Below are positions 7,427-17,831 of a stretch of 35,823 nucleotides of DNA, piece by piece. The stretch covers positions 1 to 35,823 of the forward strand of contig CAMBZY010000001.1 of NCBI GenBank assembly GCA_945872325.1, read 5' to 3'. Source of the DNA: Candidatus Kuenenia stuttgartensis (GTDB lineage: Bacteria > Planctomycetota > Planctomycetia > Isosphaerales > Isosphaeraceae). How positions within the stretch are numbered: position 1 is the stretch's first letter; each line of letters begins with the position of its first letter. The notes under the pieces are model-generated. The model was given only the letters and a program-made list of their open reading frames with translations, was not told the origin of the DNA and made no database searches. Position numbers and translations under genes: made by a program.

Positions 7427-8197
7427 TCAGATCAGACTCTCAAGAACAAGCTTTAGCTTGCGCACTTCAGCCTCGGTATCAAACGGGCTGTCGGGCCGAT
7501 CCTCGATCGCCACCACCAGGCCACGCTTGTATCCAGATCTCTGCAACTGGCTGACCACTCGATTGTACTCAATCTGGCCCTGGCCAATTTTCATCTGGAA
7601 TTCGCCAGGCTTCCGGCCCGTATCGCGCAGTCTTGCGTTCTGTACGTAAGGATAGACTTCATCGAACGATGCGCTTTGGAATGGCCCGTTGATATAGTGG
7701 CTGGGGTCGAGTGTCAGACCCAGTCCTGGGATACTCCGGCAAAGTGCCACCGCATCGGCCGGCATCGCTGTGGTTCCATCGGAAGTGGTCGATACCGTCA
7801 GGACAATTCCCTGCCGGGCCGCAATCCCCATCAGTTCTTTCAGACGCTTCTGTTCCACATCGGACGGAGTGCCTGATGGTGATGGCATGATCGACACCAC
7901 AGCTACGCTCATCGACTTGGCAAGCCAGCAAAGTGCTTCGAACTGACGCTTTTGATCGTCGAGGCTCTCTGTTTCAAAACGAATGTCAAACGAGCTTGGC
8001 AAAAGACCTGACGCTGTGCGAATTCTTTGAAGAGCGTGCTCTTTATTCTCGGTAATCCAGGAAGGCTTCAAGACTTCGTGTACGGAAGGACCGCTGAAAA
8101 CGTACTCGACACGGTCAAATTCCAGATCCGCCATCCGACGCATCGCCTTGTCAAACGGCATCTGAGCAAAGCATAGGGTGCTACAAGCCACAAACAT
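7427..8197 (-). CDS. Sugar phosphate isomerase/epimerase-like (xylose isomerase-like TIM barrel) protein
   Basis: The N-terminus MFVACSTLCFAQMPFDKAMRRMADLEFDRVE is typical of this family, with conserved acidic and His positions (DPSH, AIED). I chose the ATG at 8197 because it has ggaggg 4 nt upstream. The longest ORF instead begins with TTG at 8245. Confidence 0.65.
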   Translation of the reverse strand: MFVACSTLCFAQMPFDKAMRRMADLEFDRVEYVFSGPSVHEVLKPSWITENKEHALQRIRTASGLLPSSFDIRFETESLDDQKRQFEALCWLAKSMSVAVVSIMPSPSGTPSDVEQKRLKELMGIAARQGIVLTVSTTSDGTTAMPADAVALCRSIPGLGLTLDPSHYINGPFQSASFDEVYPYVQNARLRDTGRKPGEFQMKIGQGQIEYNRVVSQLQRSGYKRGLVVAIEDRPDSPFDTEAEVRKLKLVLESLI

Positions 8198-8371
8198 CAC
8201 GCCCTCCTGACATTTCCACACATGTTCTAAAACCAGGCCCAACAAACACTTTGATGCTTCATCAGGCCAAAACCGGTACGACCTTCATCATCAAGCCAAC
8301 AGCTTTGGAACACCGCCTGCGCCCCATGCCGCTGACTTGTCATACCAGATCATGTTATGATCATAACAACT

Positions 8372-10249
8372 TTAACGAATTTTCGGACGATTCGATAGAT
8401 CATCCGTAAACCCACGGGCCGTTCTTTCCACGCCCCGACCATGACGCCGCTCGACAGATATGCCGTCGCTGAGCCGGAAAAAATCTGCCAGACGCGATTC
8501 CCGGTAGGCTTGCAAAGCCGCCATCAACCGCCGTCCACGTGTCTTCTCGGAATTCGATTGCACACCCATAACCATGTTTGACTGAGGCTTCGATCGGTGC
8601 TCCATCAATTCGTCATAACGTGTTTGCACAATATCTTTTGCCTCTTCCGGTAAACTCACTTTAAAACTCACTGTGGATGTGATCCCTGACTCAAGCTCCA
8701 CTTGTCCCCAGCTCTTGGGCGGAACGATCAGGTGGATTGTCGCGCCCGATCCGTTTTGCATGGAACGGGCCTCCTCGAATGACGCATCAAAACGAACATT
8801 ATTTTTTTGGGATTCTTCCGACGATGACACCAATTCCACTTCCATCCGGCATGGCAACGGATTGAAAAACACCACCAGATTCGAATTTGAGATCGGAAAT
8901 GTCCGAATCGTCATACCCTGAAGTGAAATCCTGCCCACGGACTCTTCATCAACGGATATCAATGGCAATCGCTCGAACCGACGATTCCAGTCCGCAATTT
9001 TCAACTCGTGCCCCTTGAAGGCCGACCGATCAATCATCAGCCATTGGGCGTCGTGCCGGGACATGTAGCAGACAAGTGCAGATTCGATTTGCCCTGACCG
9101 ATGGATTCCAGCCTGTTTTGCGATTTCAGGACCAGTCTCAGGCTGCTTTGACATGGGCTGACTCAGCCAGTGCCCACGAACGGATAAGCCGTCGAGTGCT
9201 GATTCCATGTCCGGATGTGCGACCAATTCCCGGCCAGTGCGAGGTTCCGATAGCGATTCCGATCCGATCACTTCCAGGCTGGCTGATGATCGCCAAAGGC
9301 TCGGTTCAAATGCCATCCATCGCCAGGCATTCACAGGCGAAACACCGGTCCGCTCGGCTTCATCAAAAAGCGACTGAGATGATTCGCTCGAAAACGCAGG
9401 GGCTGCAATGGTGAGCTTCAGGCCGGTCAACTCGTAGGTCTGATCAGCTATAGACTTATAAAATTCCGACACCCTGCGGGACCGCCAGGTCAGCCACGGC
9501 ATGAGCCCTGCTGAGCGAACGAAAGCCTTGCGATCATCATCATTTGCAAGCCTTTGAGACCACTCACCTTCGAGACCCGTTTCCTGAAGAAACAGGCGGA
9601 AAGTCGACTCGTTCAAGCCCGCCTCACAGCCGTTCGGCAGTCCCACTGGCGGAGTCAGTGCTAGAAACAGACCACTGACAACAGGCTTGCCTTCCCTGGT
9701 CCGCAAATCTGCCAGCTCACGGACCCGTTTGATCATCGCCGACTGATAATTTTTAAGATATCTGGGATCAAGTATCGGCACAGTCTTTTCGGAATCCATC
9801 TCTTGATTCAGTAATGATTTGGGCGCCAGTTCGAACCAGACTTCCATACCATTTTCAACCAGTGCACGCGAAGCACTCAACCAGTGATCCTTCTGATCCG
9901 AAGCAAACGGATCAGGCAATATTGCTCGGCCTGCATGACTGCAATTCATTTCTTTGACTAGATTTACAGCAAACTGGCTAGAGCTCGAAACTGGGTCTGT
10001 GCTGCCGTTTGTGGTCAGTAGGTCTTCGGCCTGATATCGCAGGGCGACCTTGCGACGGGGCGCAGTTTTCAAGGCCGGAGAGAGCTCTGAATTTACAATA
10101 ATCGCAGGTAGGTCAATGGCTTGGGATGATTCGCAAAAAAACGAGTTCATGGCGAGAGCCATGACGAATAAGATTTTCTTCAGAATATGATACCGACAAT
10201 GCATCGAAGACAAACGAGACGGCTCCGCCGTTAGATTCAGTCTGTCCAT
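8372..10249 (-). CDS. Secreted hypothetical protein (625 aa), function unknown
   Basis: This is the only long ORF on either strand here. A signal-peptide-like segment, KKILFVMALAMNSFFCESSQA, follows Met16, giving an alternative ATG start at 10204. I recognise no catalytic or family motif. Confidence 0.6.
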   Translation of the reverse strand: MDRLNLTAEPSRLSSMHCRYHILKKILFVMALAMNSFFCESSQAIDLPAIIVNSELSPALKTAPRRKVALRYQAEDLLTTNGSTDPVSSSSQFAVNLVKEMNCSHAGRAILPDPFASDQKDHWLSASRALVENGMEVWFELAPKSLLNQEMDSEKTVPILDPRYLKNYQSAMIKRVRELADLRTREGKPVVSGLFLALTPPVGLPNGCEAGLNESTFRLFLQETGLEGEWSQRLANDDDRKAFVRSAGLMPWLTWRSRRVSEFYKSIADQTYELTGLKLTIAAPAFSSESSQSLFDEAERTGVSPVNAWRWMAFEPSLWRSSASLEVIGSESLSEPRTGRELVAHPDMESALDGLSVRGHWLSQPMSKQPETGPEIAKQAGIHRSGQIESALVCYMSRHDAQWLMIDRSAFKGHELKIADWNRRFERLPLISVDEESVGRISLQGMTIRTFPISNSNLVVFFNPLPCRMEVELVSSSEESQKNNVRFDASFEEARSMQNGSGATIHLIVPPKSWGQVELESGITSTVSFKVSLPEEAKDIVQTRYDELMEHRSKPQSNMVMGVQSNSEKTRGRRLMAALQAYRESRLADFFRLSDGISVERRHGRGVERTARGFTDDLSNRPKIR

Positions 10250-10367
10250 ACAGACCCTGATCAGCCCAGTTCATCCATATTATCGGCCTTTCCCTATTTC
10301 AAAGTTGACATGGAAATCTGGAACCAAACGAATTGAGGCAAAATATAAGCACGATCAACCAACATTT

Positions 10368-10397
10368 CCGGTTCCCTGAGAGACTCGCGGGAACCGG
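10368..10397 (-). terminator. Hairpin downstream of the FAD/Fe-S oxidoreductase gene
   Basis: ccggttccc-N12-gggaaccgg forms a 9-bp perfect stem, 29 nt after the stop at 10426. There is no strong U-tract. Confidence 0.35.
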
Positions 10398-10425
10398 AGT
10401 AAATCGCCTGTCAACAGCCCTTAAA

Positions 10426-13383
10426 TTACGATTTTAACTGACGTTCCAGCAATTGCAACGGGTGCAGAGCCTCGATTCCTGCCAGATCTTCCACCTGGGC
10501 CCTGCAACTGGTGCCTGATGCCACAAGTATCGACTCAGGAGCATCTTTGACGGCCTTGAGCAAGACTCTCTCAGCAAGCGCCTGACTCATCTCATAGTGG
10601 GACTTATCATAGCCAAAAGAACCCGCCATGCCGCAGCATCCGCTATCAAGCTCATTCAGATGAAGATCTGGAATCAGCTTCAATGCGGCCACCGTATCCG
10701 CCGTGCTGAAAACCGCCTTCTGCTGACAGTGGCCATGAAGAATGACCGATCTCTCGAGCGACTTAAATTCCAACAAGCCTTGCTTTTCAGCCATGGCGAG
10801 TAGTTTTTCGACCTGAATGGTGGCCTTGGCGACCTCCAAGGCATCATCGCCAAGCCTCAGGTTCTTATAGTCGTCTGCCAGCATGGTCAAACAGCTAGGT
10901 TCCACACCCACAATCGGTACTCCAGCCCTCGCTGATGGAGCCAAACGTTCGACCATGGCCTGAGCCTGTTCGTGACCAATATCGAGCAGCCCCTTGGAAA
11001 CGGCGGGCCGTCCACAACAAAGCCCACCTACCAACTCCACTTCATAACCGGCTTTTTCCAATAACCTTACAGCCGACTGGCCAATTTCGGGATGATTGTA
11101 AGTGGTGAAGCAGTCGTCCAGCAGGATGACCTTTCCGAGGGTTGATTTTGCATTCCGAGAGAGTTTTTGATGCGTCCTGAACCAACTTCGAAAATTCTTT
11201 GATCCGACAAAGAGCGGCAAAGTACGGCGCCGATCAAGTCCCACAAATCGTTCCAGCAATCGCTTCACCAGCTTCGACTGGATCATTCTGTTGGCTAAGG
11301 GGGCGAATCGAGATCCCCAGCGGTTCAGGACATGCACATGCCCAAAGATCAGGGCCGCCAGATCGGGCCCTCCGCGTTCTTTATGGACCTGATGAAGGAC
11401 TTCGCTTTTGAGTCTGGCCATGTCCACGCCTGACGGACACTCGCTTTTACACGCCTTGCAGCCAAGACATAAATCCATCGCTTCAAGCAGGCCGGGGTGA
11501 TCCCACTTTCGGTCTTTCCCAAGTCGGCCGCTCATCACCTCGCGAAGCACGTTCGCCCGGCCTCGTGTGGAATGCTCTTCATCGCGCGTAATCATATAAC
11601 TCGGGCACATCGTGCCAGTATCCGTCTTGCGGCAAGCGCCCACACCGGAACAAAGCTCGACAGCCTGAGCCAGCCCGCCCTGATCGTCAAAATCAAAGCC
11701 CGTGACATCTGGTACTGTGGCGAAATAATCCGGGCTGATTCGCAAATGGTCCGTCAGTTCCGGCTCAGCGGCCACCTTTCCGGGATTCATCTGGTTGGAT
11801 GAATCAAAGGCGTATTTGACTTGCTTGAAGACATCAAAGACTCTGTCTCCAAAGATCTTGCGATTCCAGCGACTGCGAGCCAGACCATCTCCATGCTCGC
11901 CCGACATCGCCCCGCCAAACTCGGCTACAAGACTCGAAACCTCTTCCGCAATGGCCTTGAGTTGCTCCAGACCACCATTCGTTTTCATATTCAAAACAGG
12001 CCTGATGTGAAGACAACCAACATCGGCGTGTCCATAGCACGAAGCCTGGGTCCCATGACTGGCAATAATTGCCATAAACCGATCGTAAAATTCCGGAAGT
12101 ACCTGCGGATCAACCGCCGTATCTTCCACAAAGGCCACCGGCTTGGAATCCCCAGGCATACCCATGAGCAAAGAGAGACCTGCTTTACGCACCTTCCAAA
12201 AATTATCCTTGGCTGATGCCGTCAGGTTCTTGACGATCCCCAGCACGGAACCGTTTCCAGCCAGTTCCCGTTCGATAGTTGCAGCCTTTTCCGCAAGTTC
12301 CTCAGGTGTTTCGGCATAAAGCTGTGCAGCCAGAACGGCCTCCGGGTCGCCCGATGCAAACGTCACCAGCTTGGAATATTCCGGATGTGCCAATGCCAGA
12401 TCCAGAATCATCCGGTCGATCATCTCGACAGCCGCAGGACCACCAGCGAGATAGGCTGGAAGGCTGTTTAAGGCATCTTTGATGGTTCTGTGAGAAACCA
12501 CAACCAGGCCCTGACACGGCGGAATTGGCACAACTCGCACATCGGCAGCCGTGATGACGCCCAAAGTGCCTTCGGAACCGACGATGATTTTCGCCAGATT
12601 GAATTGCCAGGGATCATCCTTCCAACCCTCGGCCCGAACGGGCATCCCCGGGATGAATTCGTCAAGATTGTAGCCGCTCACCCGCCTGAGGATTCGTGGA
12701 TACCGGGCAATGATCTCTTCACGATTCTCAGCCACCAGATCCCGCACCGTTTTGTGCAGATATCCAAGCCGACCACCGTTTTCAATCATCGTAGTCAGGG
12801 CTTTTTCATCAAGTCCCTGGAATCGGGCGGGCATACCGCCTGACAGAACCACTTCCACAGCCGTCACATGGTCAATCGTTTTGCCATAGCGCAAGCTTCG
12901 GGCGCCGGCGGAGTTATTGCCGATCATGCCGCCGAGGGTGGCTCGGTCACTGGTGGAAACATCGGGGCCGAACATCAGGCCCAGTGGCTTCAGGTGGCGG
13001 TTGAGTTGGTCGCAGACCACGCCTGGCTCGACCCGCACGATCATCCGGTCGCGATCCACAATTCCGATCCGGTTCATATACTTTGAGCAGTCGATAATCA
13101 GACCTGCTCCAATCGTCTGCCCGGAAAGACTTGTGGCGGCACCTCTTGAGATGATGGACACGCCGAGTTCGGCCGCAATTTCTACGGCCTTGGCCACATC
13201 TTCAGCAGATCGGGGCAGAAATACACCTACGGGAGGGATCTCATAAAGCGAGGCATCTGTGGAGTATAGAGAACGCGCTGTATCGTCGAACCGGGCTTCG
13301 CCTTTGGTCTCTTCGGCCAGACGGGCGGCGAGCTTTTCGAGAATCTTATCCGTAAATGTGGCTTTGCCGGATGTGGCTTGCAT
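10426..13383 (-). CDS. FAD-binding and (Fe-S)-binding oxidoreductase (fused GlcD-like/GlcF-like protein, E. coli YdiJ-type architecture)
   Basis: 985 aa with an ATG start. It has an N-terminal FAD-linked oxidase domain (RGAATSLSGQTIGAG). Ferredoxin-type clusters are present: CSGVGACRKTDTGTMCP and CLGCKACKSECP. There are two C-terminal CCG motifs: GGLCCGRP and DSGCCGMAGSFG. Confidence 0.88.
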   Translation of the reverse strand: MQATSGKATFTDKILEKLAARLAEETKGEARFDDTARSLYSTDASLYEIPPVGVFLPRSAEDVAKAVEIAAELGVSIISRGAATSLSGQTIGAGLIIDCSKYMNRIGIVDRDRMIVRVEPGVVCDQLNRHLKPLGLMFGPDVSTSDRATLGGMIGNNSAGARSLRYGKTIDHVTAVEVVLSGGMPARFQGLDEKALTTMIENGGRLGYLHKTVRDLVAENREEIIARYPRILRRVSGYNLDEFIPGMPVRAEGWKDDPWQFNLAKIIVGSEGTLGVITAADVRVVPIPPCQGLVVVSHRTIKDALNSLPAYLAGGPAAVEMIDRMILDLALAHPEYSKLVTFASGDPEAVLAAQLYAETPEELAEKAATIERELAGNGSVLGIVKNLTASAKDNFWKVRKAGLSLLMGMPGDSKPVAFVEDTAVDPQVLPEFYDRFMAIIASHGTQASCYGHADVGCLHIRPVLNMKTNGGLEQLKAIAEEVSSLVAEFGGAMSGEHGDGLARSRWNRKIFGDRVFDVFKQVKYAFDSSNQMNPGKVAAEPELTDHLRISPDYFATVPDVTGFDFDDQGGLAQAVELCSGVGACRKTDTGTMCPSYMITRDEEHSTRGRANVLREVMSGRLGKDRKWDHPGLLEAMDLCLGCKACKSECPSGVDMARLKSEVLHQVHKERGGPDLAALIFGHVHVLNRWGSRFAPLANRMIQSKLVKRLLERFVGLDRRRTLPLFVGSKNFRSWFRTHQKLSRNAKSTLGKVILLDDCFTTYNHPEIGQSAVRLLEKAGYEVELVGGLCCGRPAVSKGLLDIGHEQAQAMVERLAPSARAGVPIVGVEPSCLTMLADDYKNLRLGDDALEVAKATIQVEKLLAMAEKQGLLEFKSLERSVILHGHCQQKAVFSTADTVAALKLIPDLHLNELDSGCCGMAGSFGYDKSHYEMSQALAERVLLKAVKDAPESILVASGTSCRAQVEDLAGIEALHPLQLLERQLKS

Positions 13384-13641
13384 GGTCGACCTGATTCCGT
13401 GACGTGTGGCCTGAATGTTTTTGGATTATACGGCTTTTGATAACCACTTCGCGACTCTGTTGTAGGTCTCAGATTCAAAACAATCGAAGAAGAGCATCAG
13501 CCTCGCCGATCTCGACCTGAATTTGTGCGACGTCCATCCTCTTGCAAAATCAAACAAATCCGTTCATCCTGTAGTTTATTGACCGCCTAGTCTATTAGGC
13601 GTGAATCCAAATCTTCAGACACATCAGGAATTTCATCGACC

Positions 13642-14082
13642 ATGACTCCACAAGAAAAAGCCGAATCACTGGGTATCAAGTTCACGAAACAGGAACCCGC
13701 ATATCTGGCGATGGTGGTTCGCACAGGTAACCTGCTGATCACATCGGGCCACGTCAGCGATATCAAGGGCAAGCTGGGCGATGGGACAACGGTCGAGCAA
13801 GGCAAACTGGCCGCTCGCGAATGTGCAGAGAAAATCCTCAATTCGATCTGGAACATCCACGGATCTCTGAACGGCCTTCGAGTCTTGAAATTGCTGGGCT
13901 GCGTGAATTCCACACTTGATTTCCATGAGCAGCACCTGGTGATCAATGGTTGCAGTGATCTGCTTCATGAAATCTATGGCAAGACCACCGACGGTTTTCA
14001 CGCCAGAAGCGCACTTGGCTTCGCCCAGATCCCAACAGGCTCAGCCGTTGAGGTGGAAGCGATTTTTGAAATCAAGTCGTGA
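13642..14082 (+). CDS. RidA/YjgF/UK114-family protein
   Basis: 146 aa with an ATG start. Family-typical blocks are GNLLITSGHV, a central helix (GKLAARECAEKILNSI), the LKLLGCVNS strand and a C-terminal ARSALGFAQIPTGSAVEVEAIF. Confidence 0.78.
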   Translation: MTPQEKAESLGIKFTKQEPAYLAMVVRTGNLLITSGHVSDIKGKLGDGTTVEQGKLAARECAEKILNSIWNIHGSLNGLRVLKLLGCVNSTLDFHEQHLVINGCSDLLHEIYGKTTDGFHARSALGFAQIPTGSAVEVEAIFEIKS

Positions 14083-14112
14083 TCGCTGGTTGGGATAATA
14101 TAAAAGCGATGA

Positions 14113-14137
14113 GGTGGGATTCGTCCCACCTTTTTTT
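14113..14137 (+). terminator. Rho-independent terminator of the RidA-family gene
   Basis: ggtggga-ttcg-tcccacc forms a 7-bp perfect stem with a tetraloop, immediately followed by ttttttt. It lies 31 nt after the stop. Confidence 0.82.
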
Positions 14138-14140
14138 AAA

Positions 14141-14291
14141 CTATAGTTCAGTGACGGGCATTTTTTCGAGGAGGATATGCCGGAACAGGGCCTGCCATCC
14201 ATCGGTGATAATTTTGTGGCCAGCCGGAGTGATGAGCCCTTCGTAAAGGGTCGAAAAGTCGTTTTTGTCGAGGATCGATTATGTGAGTCAT
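14141..14291 (-). pseudogene. Truncated, frameshifted N-terminal ORF fragment (possible transposase or IS remnant)
   Basis: The ATG at 14291 opens MTHIIDPRQKRLFDPL.... A +1 shift at the cccttt run continues as LYEGLITPAGHKIITDGWQALFRHILLEKMPVTEL and stops at 14141, right against the RidA terminator. The joined sequence reads like the start of a longer protein that is not present. Confidence 0.3.
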
Positions 14292-14322
14292 GGTGAACGT
14301 AACCCCCTGTAGTAAAAGGGAT

Positions 14323-14351
14323 ATCATACCTAAGCCGCCATCTGAAATCAA
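14323..14351 (-). promoter_or_regulatory. Sigma-70-like promoter facing the truncated ORF
   Basis: The minus strand reads TTGATT (14351..14346), a 17-nt spacer, then TATGAT (14328..14323). This lies about 30 nt upstream of the ATG at 14291. Confidence 0.35.
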
Positions 14352-14497
14352 GTGTAAACCATTGATTTAACACAAGAATACAGAGGGAGTTACGGCGTAA
14401 AACAGGATTGTTTAGTTTTGGCGGGGACGTCCTCATAAACTTACAATCACCATGAAACGGGAATTCCAGCAAGTTTCTCAGCCAGCGATGATTTTCA

Positions 14498-15373
14498 TCA
14501 GGGCGTATTGAGTGGCTGAACTGGTGGAGAGAGTGAAAGTGGTGCTTCCAGAGCAGGCGTAGGGGAGACCGTGCCTGCGAATGGGCTTGAAGAGATTGCT
14601 GGCGATGGACTTGAATTCTTCCTGATCTGAGTTCTTGAAATCGGTGGAGATGCCCCTGGCACAGGTGGCAGAGGGGGCTGAGCCAGTGGATCTCGCGCCC
14701 CTGCGGATGCTCCCTTGCCTATCGATGTCTGTACGGGTGTCACGATGGCGACTTTCTCGACCAATCGTTGATACGCCGATTTTGCAGCCGCTCGAACCTC
14801 TGGCGATTTATCGAATTGCGACGTTTTTTCAAGATATTCCAGAGCCGTTGTATCGCCAATCTCGGCAAGCGACCAGGCAGCTGTTTTCCGCACGCTGGCA
14901 TCTTTATCGTTGCGAAGCCGGTCCATCAGAGGGCCAATCGCTTGTGTCGCCTTTTGCCGGCCAAGCAGTATGGCACCGTCACGACGGTTGGAGGCCCAGT
15001 GACTATTGAGCATCTTGAGGGCTGAACCGATCGCATCACTCGGAGGTGTATGCACTTGTACCACTGTTGAAGGGATCTGTTGAGTGATGATCGGTGTGGG
15101 CTGAGTGACAATCACCGTGGACGGTGGAGGTGGGCTGGACGCTGCCGAACCAACCAGCAGACCGGCTCCGAATCCTAATGCTGAGGCGGCAAGGCCAGAA
15201 CCATTATTTTCGTAATGATTGATGACCACAGGGCCGCGGGGTGGTCCTGGACGAAAATTCGGAGGCCGGTTACGGGGCGGTTGGGCATGTGCTCCAGTTT
15301 GGGCCATTCCCAATAAAATGAGTGCAATGCTTGGATAAAAAGCGATTTTCTGGAGCATGATCCACCCCGGCAT
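14498..15373 (-). CDS. Secreted HEAT-repeat protein with proline-rich N- and C-terminal segments
   Basis: Signal peptide: IAFYPSIALILLGMAQTGAHA, with an alternative ATG at 15358. HEAT/PBS-lyase-like repeats are present: NDKDASVRKTAAWSLAEIGD and KSPEVRAAAKSAYQRL. The C-terminal 65 aa or so are rich in Pro, Ser and Ala. Confidence 0.6.
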   Translation of the reverse strand: MPGWIMLQKIAFYPSIALILLGMAQTGAHAQPPRNRPPNFRPGPPRGPVVINHYENNGSGLAASALGFGAGLLVGSAASSPPPPSTVIVTQPTPIITQQIPSTVVQVHTPPSDAIGSALKMLNSHWASNRRDGAILLGRQKATQAIGPLMDRLRNDKDASVRKTAAWSLAEIGDTTALEYLEKTSQFDKSPEVRAAAKSAYQRLVEKVAIVTPVQTSIGKGASAGARDPLAQPPLPPVPGASPPISRTQIRKNSSPSPAISSSPFAGTVSPTPALEAPLSLSPPVQPLNTP

Positions 15374-15586
15374 CCATGCCGAATAGAACGGAAAAGACCC
15401 GTGTCGTCAAATAGGATTCGCCCGAGCATTACACCAAGATTCCGAAATCGGTCAAGTTCGGAACAATTTGGAATGTGTCAAACCGGAAAAGCGCACTTGT
15501 CAGAAATCGCAAAAAGCTATAAACATTGACCTGATTGAGATTCGGCACTGATGGAATGATTCCGTACTGTACCGAATCAAATTGAG

Positions 15587-16216
15587 ATGGTGTGCGGGCA
15601 GGGAGGCTTGCGAACCATGACTGGCGATGAATCAAGACGACGATGGATCACCCGGCTCGCCCAATGTTTATTTGCGGGTGGAGTTTCGGTGCATTCCGGC
15701 TGCTCGATCGCTAAGCGGTTTCGCAACGATCTTCCGGTACCCAACCCGCTTGTGGTTCCGTCGATTGATTTTGAAACCATCTGGAACACGACCATCGCTG
15801 TTCTGGACGAATACTTTGACATAGCCACAGAAAATCGTCAGCAAAGACGCATCGTGACCCAGCCCAAAGTGGGCGGAACGGTTCTGGAGCCTTGGAATCA
15901 GGACTCTGGCGACTTTTATGAGCGAGTGGAATCCACGCTTCAAACCATTCGCCGATATGCGATTGTGACCATCGAACCAGACCCGACCGGCATGGGCCAG
16001 GCCGTGCGTGTGGAAGTCTTTAAAGAGCTTGAGGATATGGTTCGTCCTGAACGTGCACCAGCCGGCCGGGCGATTTTCTCAAACGAATTTCCGGTCAATC
16101 GGTCGCGTGAAGTCGTTGGGCCGGTGGATTTACCACAAGGCTGGATTCCACGAGGTCGCGATTTAATTGTTGAGCAGTCGATCCTTCGCCGACTTCAACG
16201 AAAATTGTTGCTCTAA
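15587..16216 (+). CDS. Hypothetical protein, possible lipoprotein
   Basis: 209-aa ORF. From Met11 (15617) the N-terminus RRRWITRLAQCLFAGGVSVHSGCS looks like a signal peptide with a lipobox-like SGC. No family is recognised. Confidence 0.5.
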   Translation: MVCGQGGLRTMTGDESRRRWITRLAQCLFAGGVSVHSGCSIAKRFRNDLPVPNPLVVPSIDFETIWNTTIAVLDEYFDIATENRQQRRIVTQPKVGGTVLEPWNQDSGDFYERVESTLQTIRRYAIVTIEPDPTGMGQAVRVEVFKELEDMVRPERAPAGRAIFSNEFPVNRSREVVGPVDLPQGWIPRGRDLIVEQSILRRLQRKLLL

Positions 16217-16236
16217 GACTTATCTACCTAAGAAAT

Positions 16237-16266
16237 CAGGGATGAGTCAAGATTGACCCATCCCTG
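16237..16266. terminator. Hairpin in the convergent gap between the hypothetical gene and eno
   Basis: cagggatg-a-gtca-agat-tgac-c-catccctg forms 8-bp and 4-bp stacked stems. It lies 21 nt after the plus-strand stop and 35 nt after the eno stop. Confidence 0.45.
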
Positions 16267-16300
16267 TCATCACAATGTTTTCTATCAAATCTACAATCAA

Positions 16301-17686
<1,386 letters not shown>

Positions 17687-17831
17687 TCATCAAAACGCGA
17701 GTGCTCACCGGTGGCAACGCGCCAACCAATAACGCACTCATTTCTATGGCATAATGGCCGATCAGGGGCGGTTTCGTCTAGTGGACAACTGGACGAATTC
17801 ATCCCAAAGGCGAGTAATTATGACGAATATA

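Noticed and set aside
10597-13246. Multiple plus-strand and off-frame ORFs of 65-131 aa inside the FAD/Fe-S oxidoreductase gene
   Set aside because: They are nested within or antisense to a 985-aa ORF that has FAD, 4Fe-4S and CCG motifs. Their products are low-complexity.
13587-14472. Minus-strand ORFs of 119, 111 and 143 aa overlapping the RidA-family gene and its downstream spacer
   Set aside because: They overlap the well-supported plus-strand RidA gene and run through its terminator. Their translations show no protein-like pattern. Only the short segment 14141..14291 was kept, as a possible relic.
17765-17805. ggggcggtttcgtctagtggacaactgg, a tRNA 5'-half or D-loop-like string in the eno upstream region
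   Set aside because: There is no matching 3' acceptor strand and no T-arm, and no cloverleaf can be drawn.
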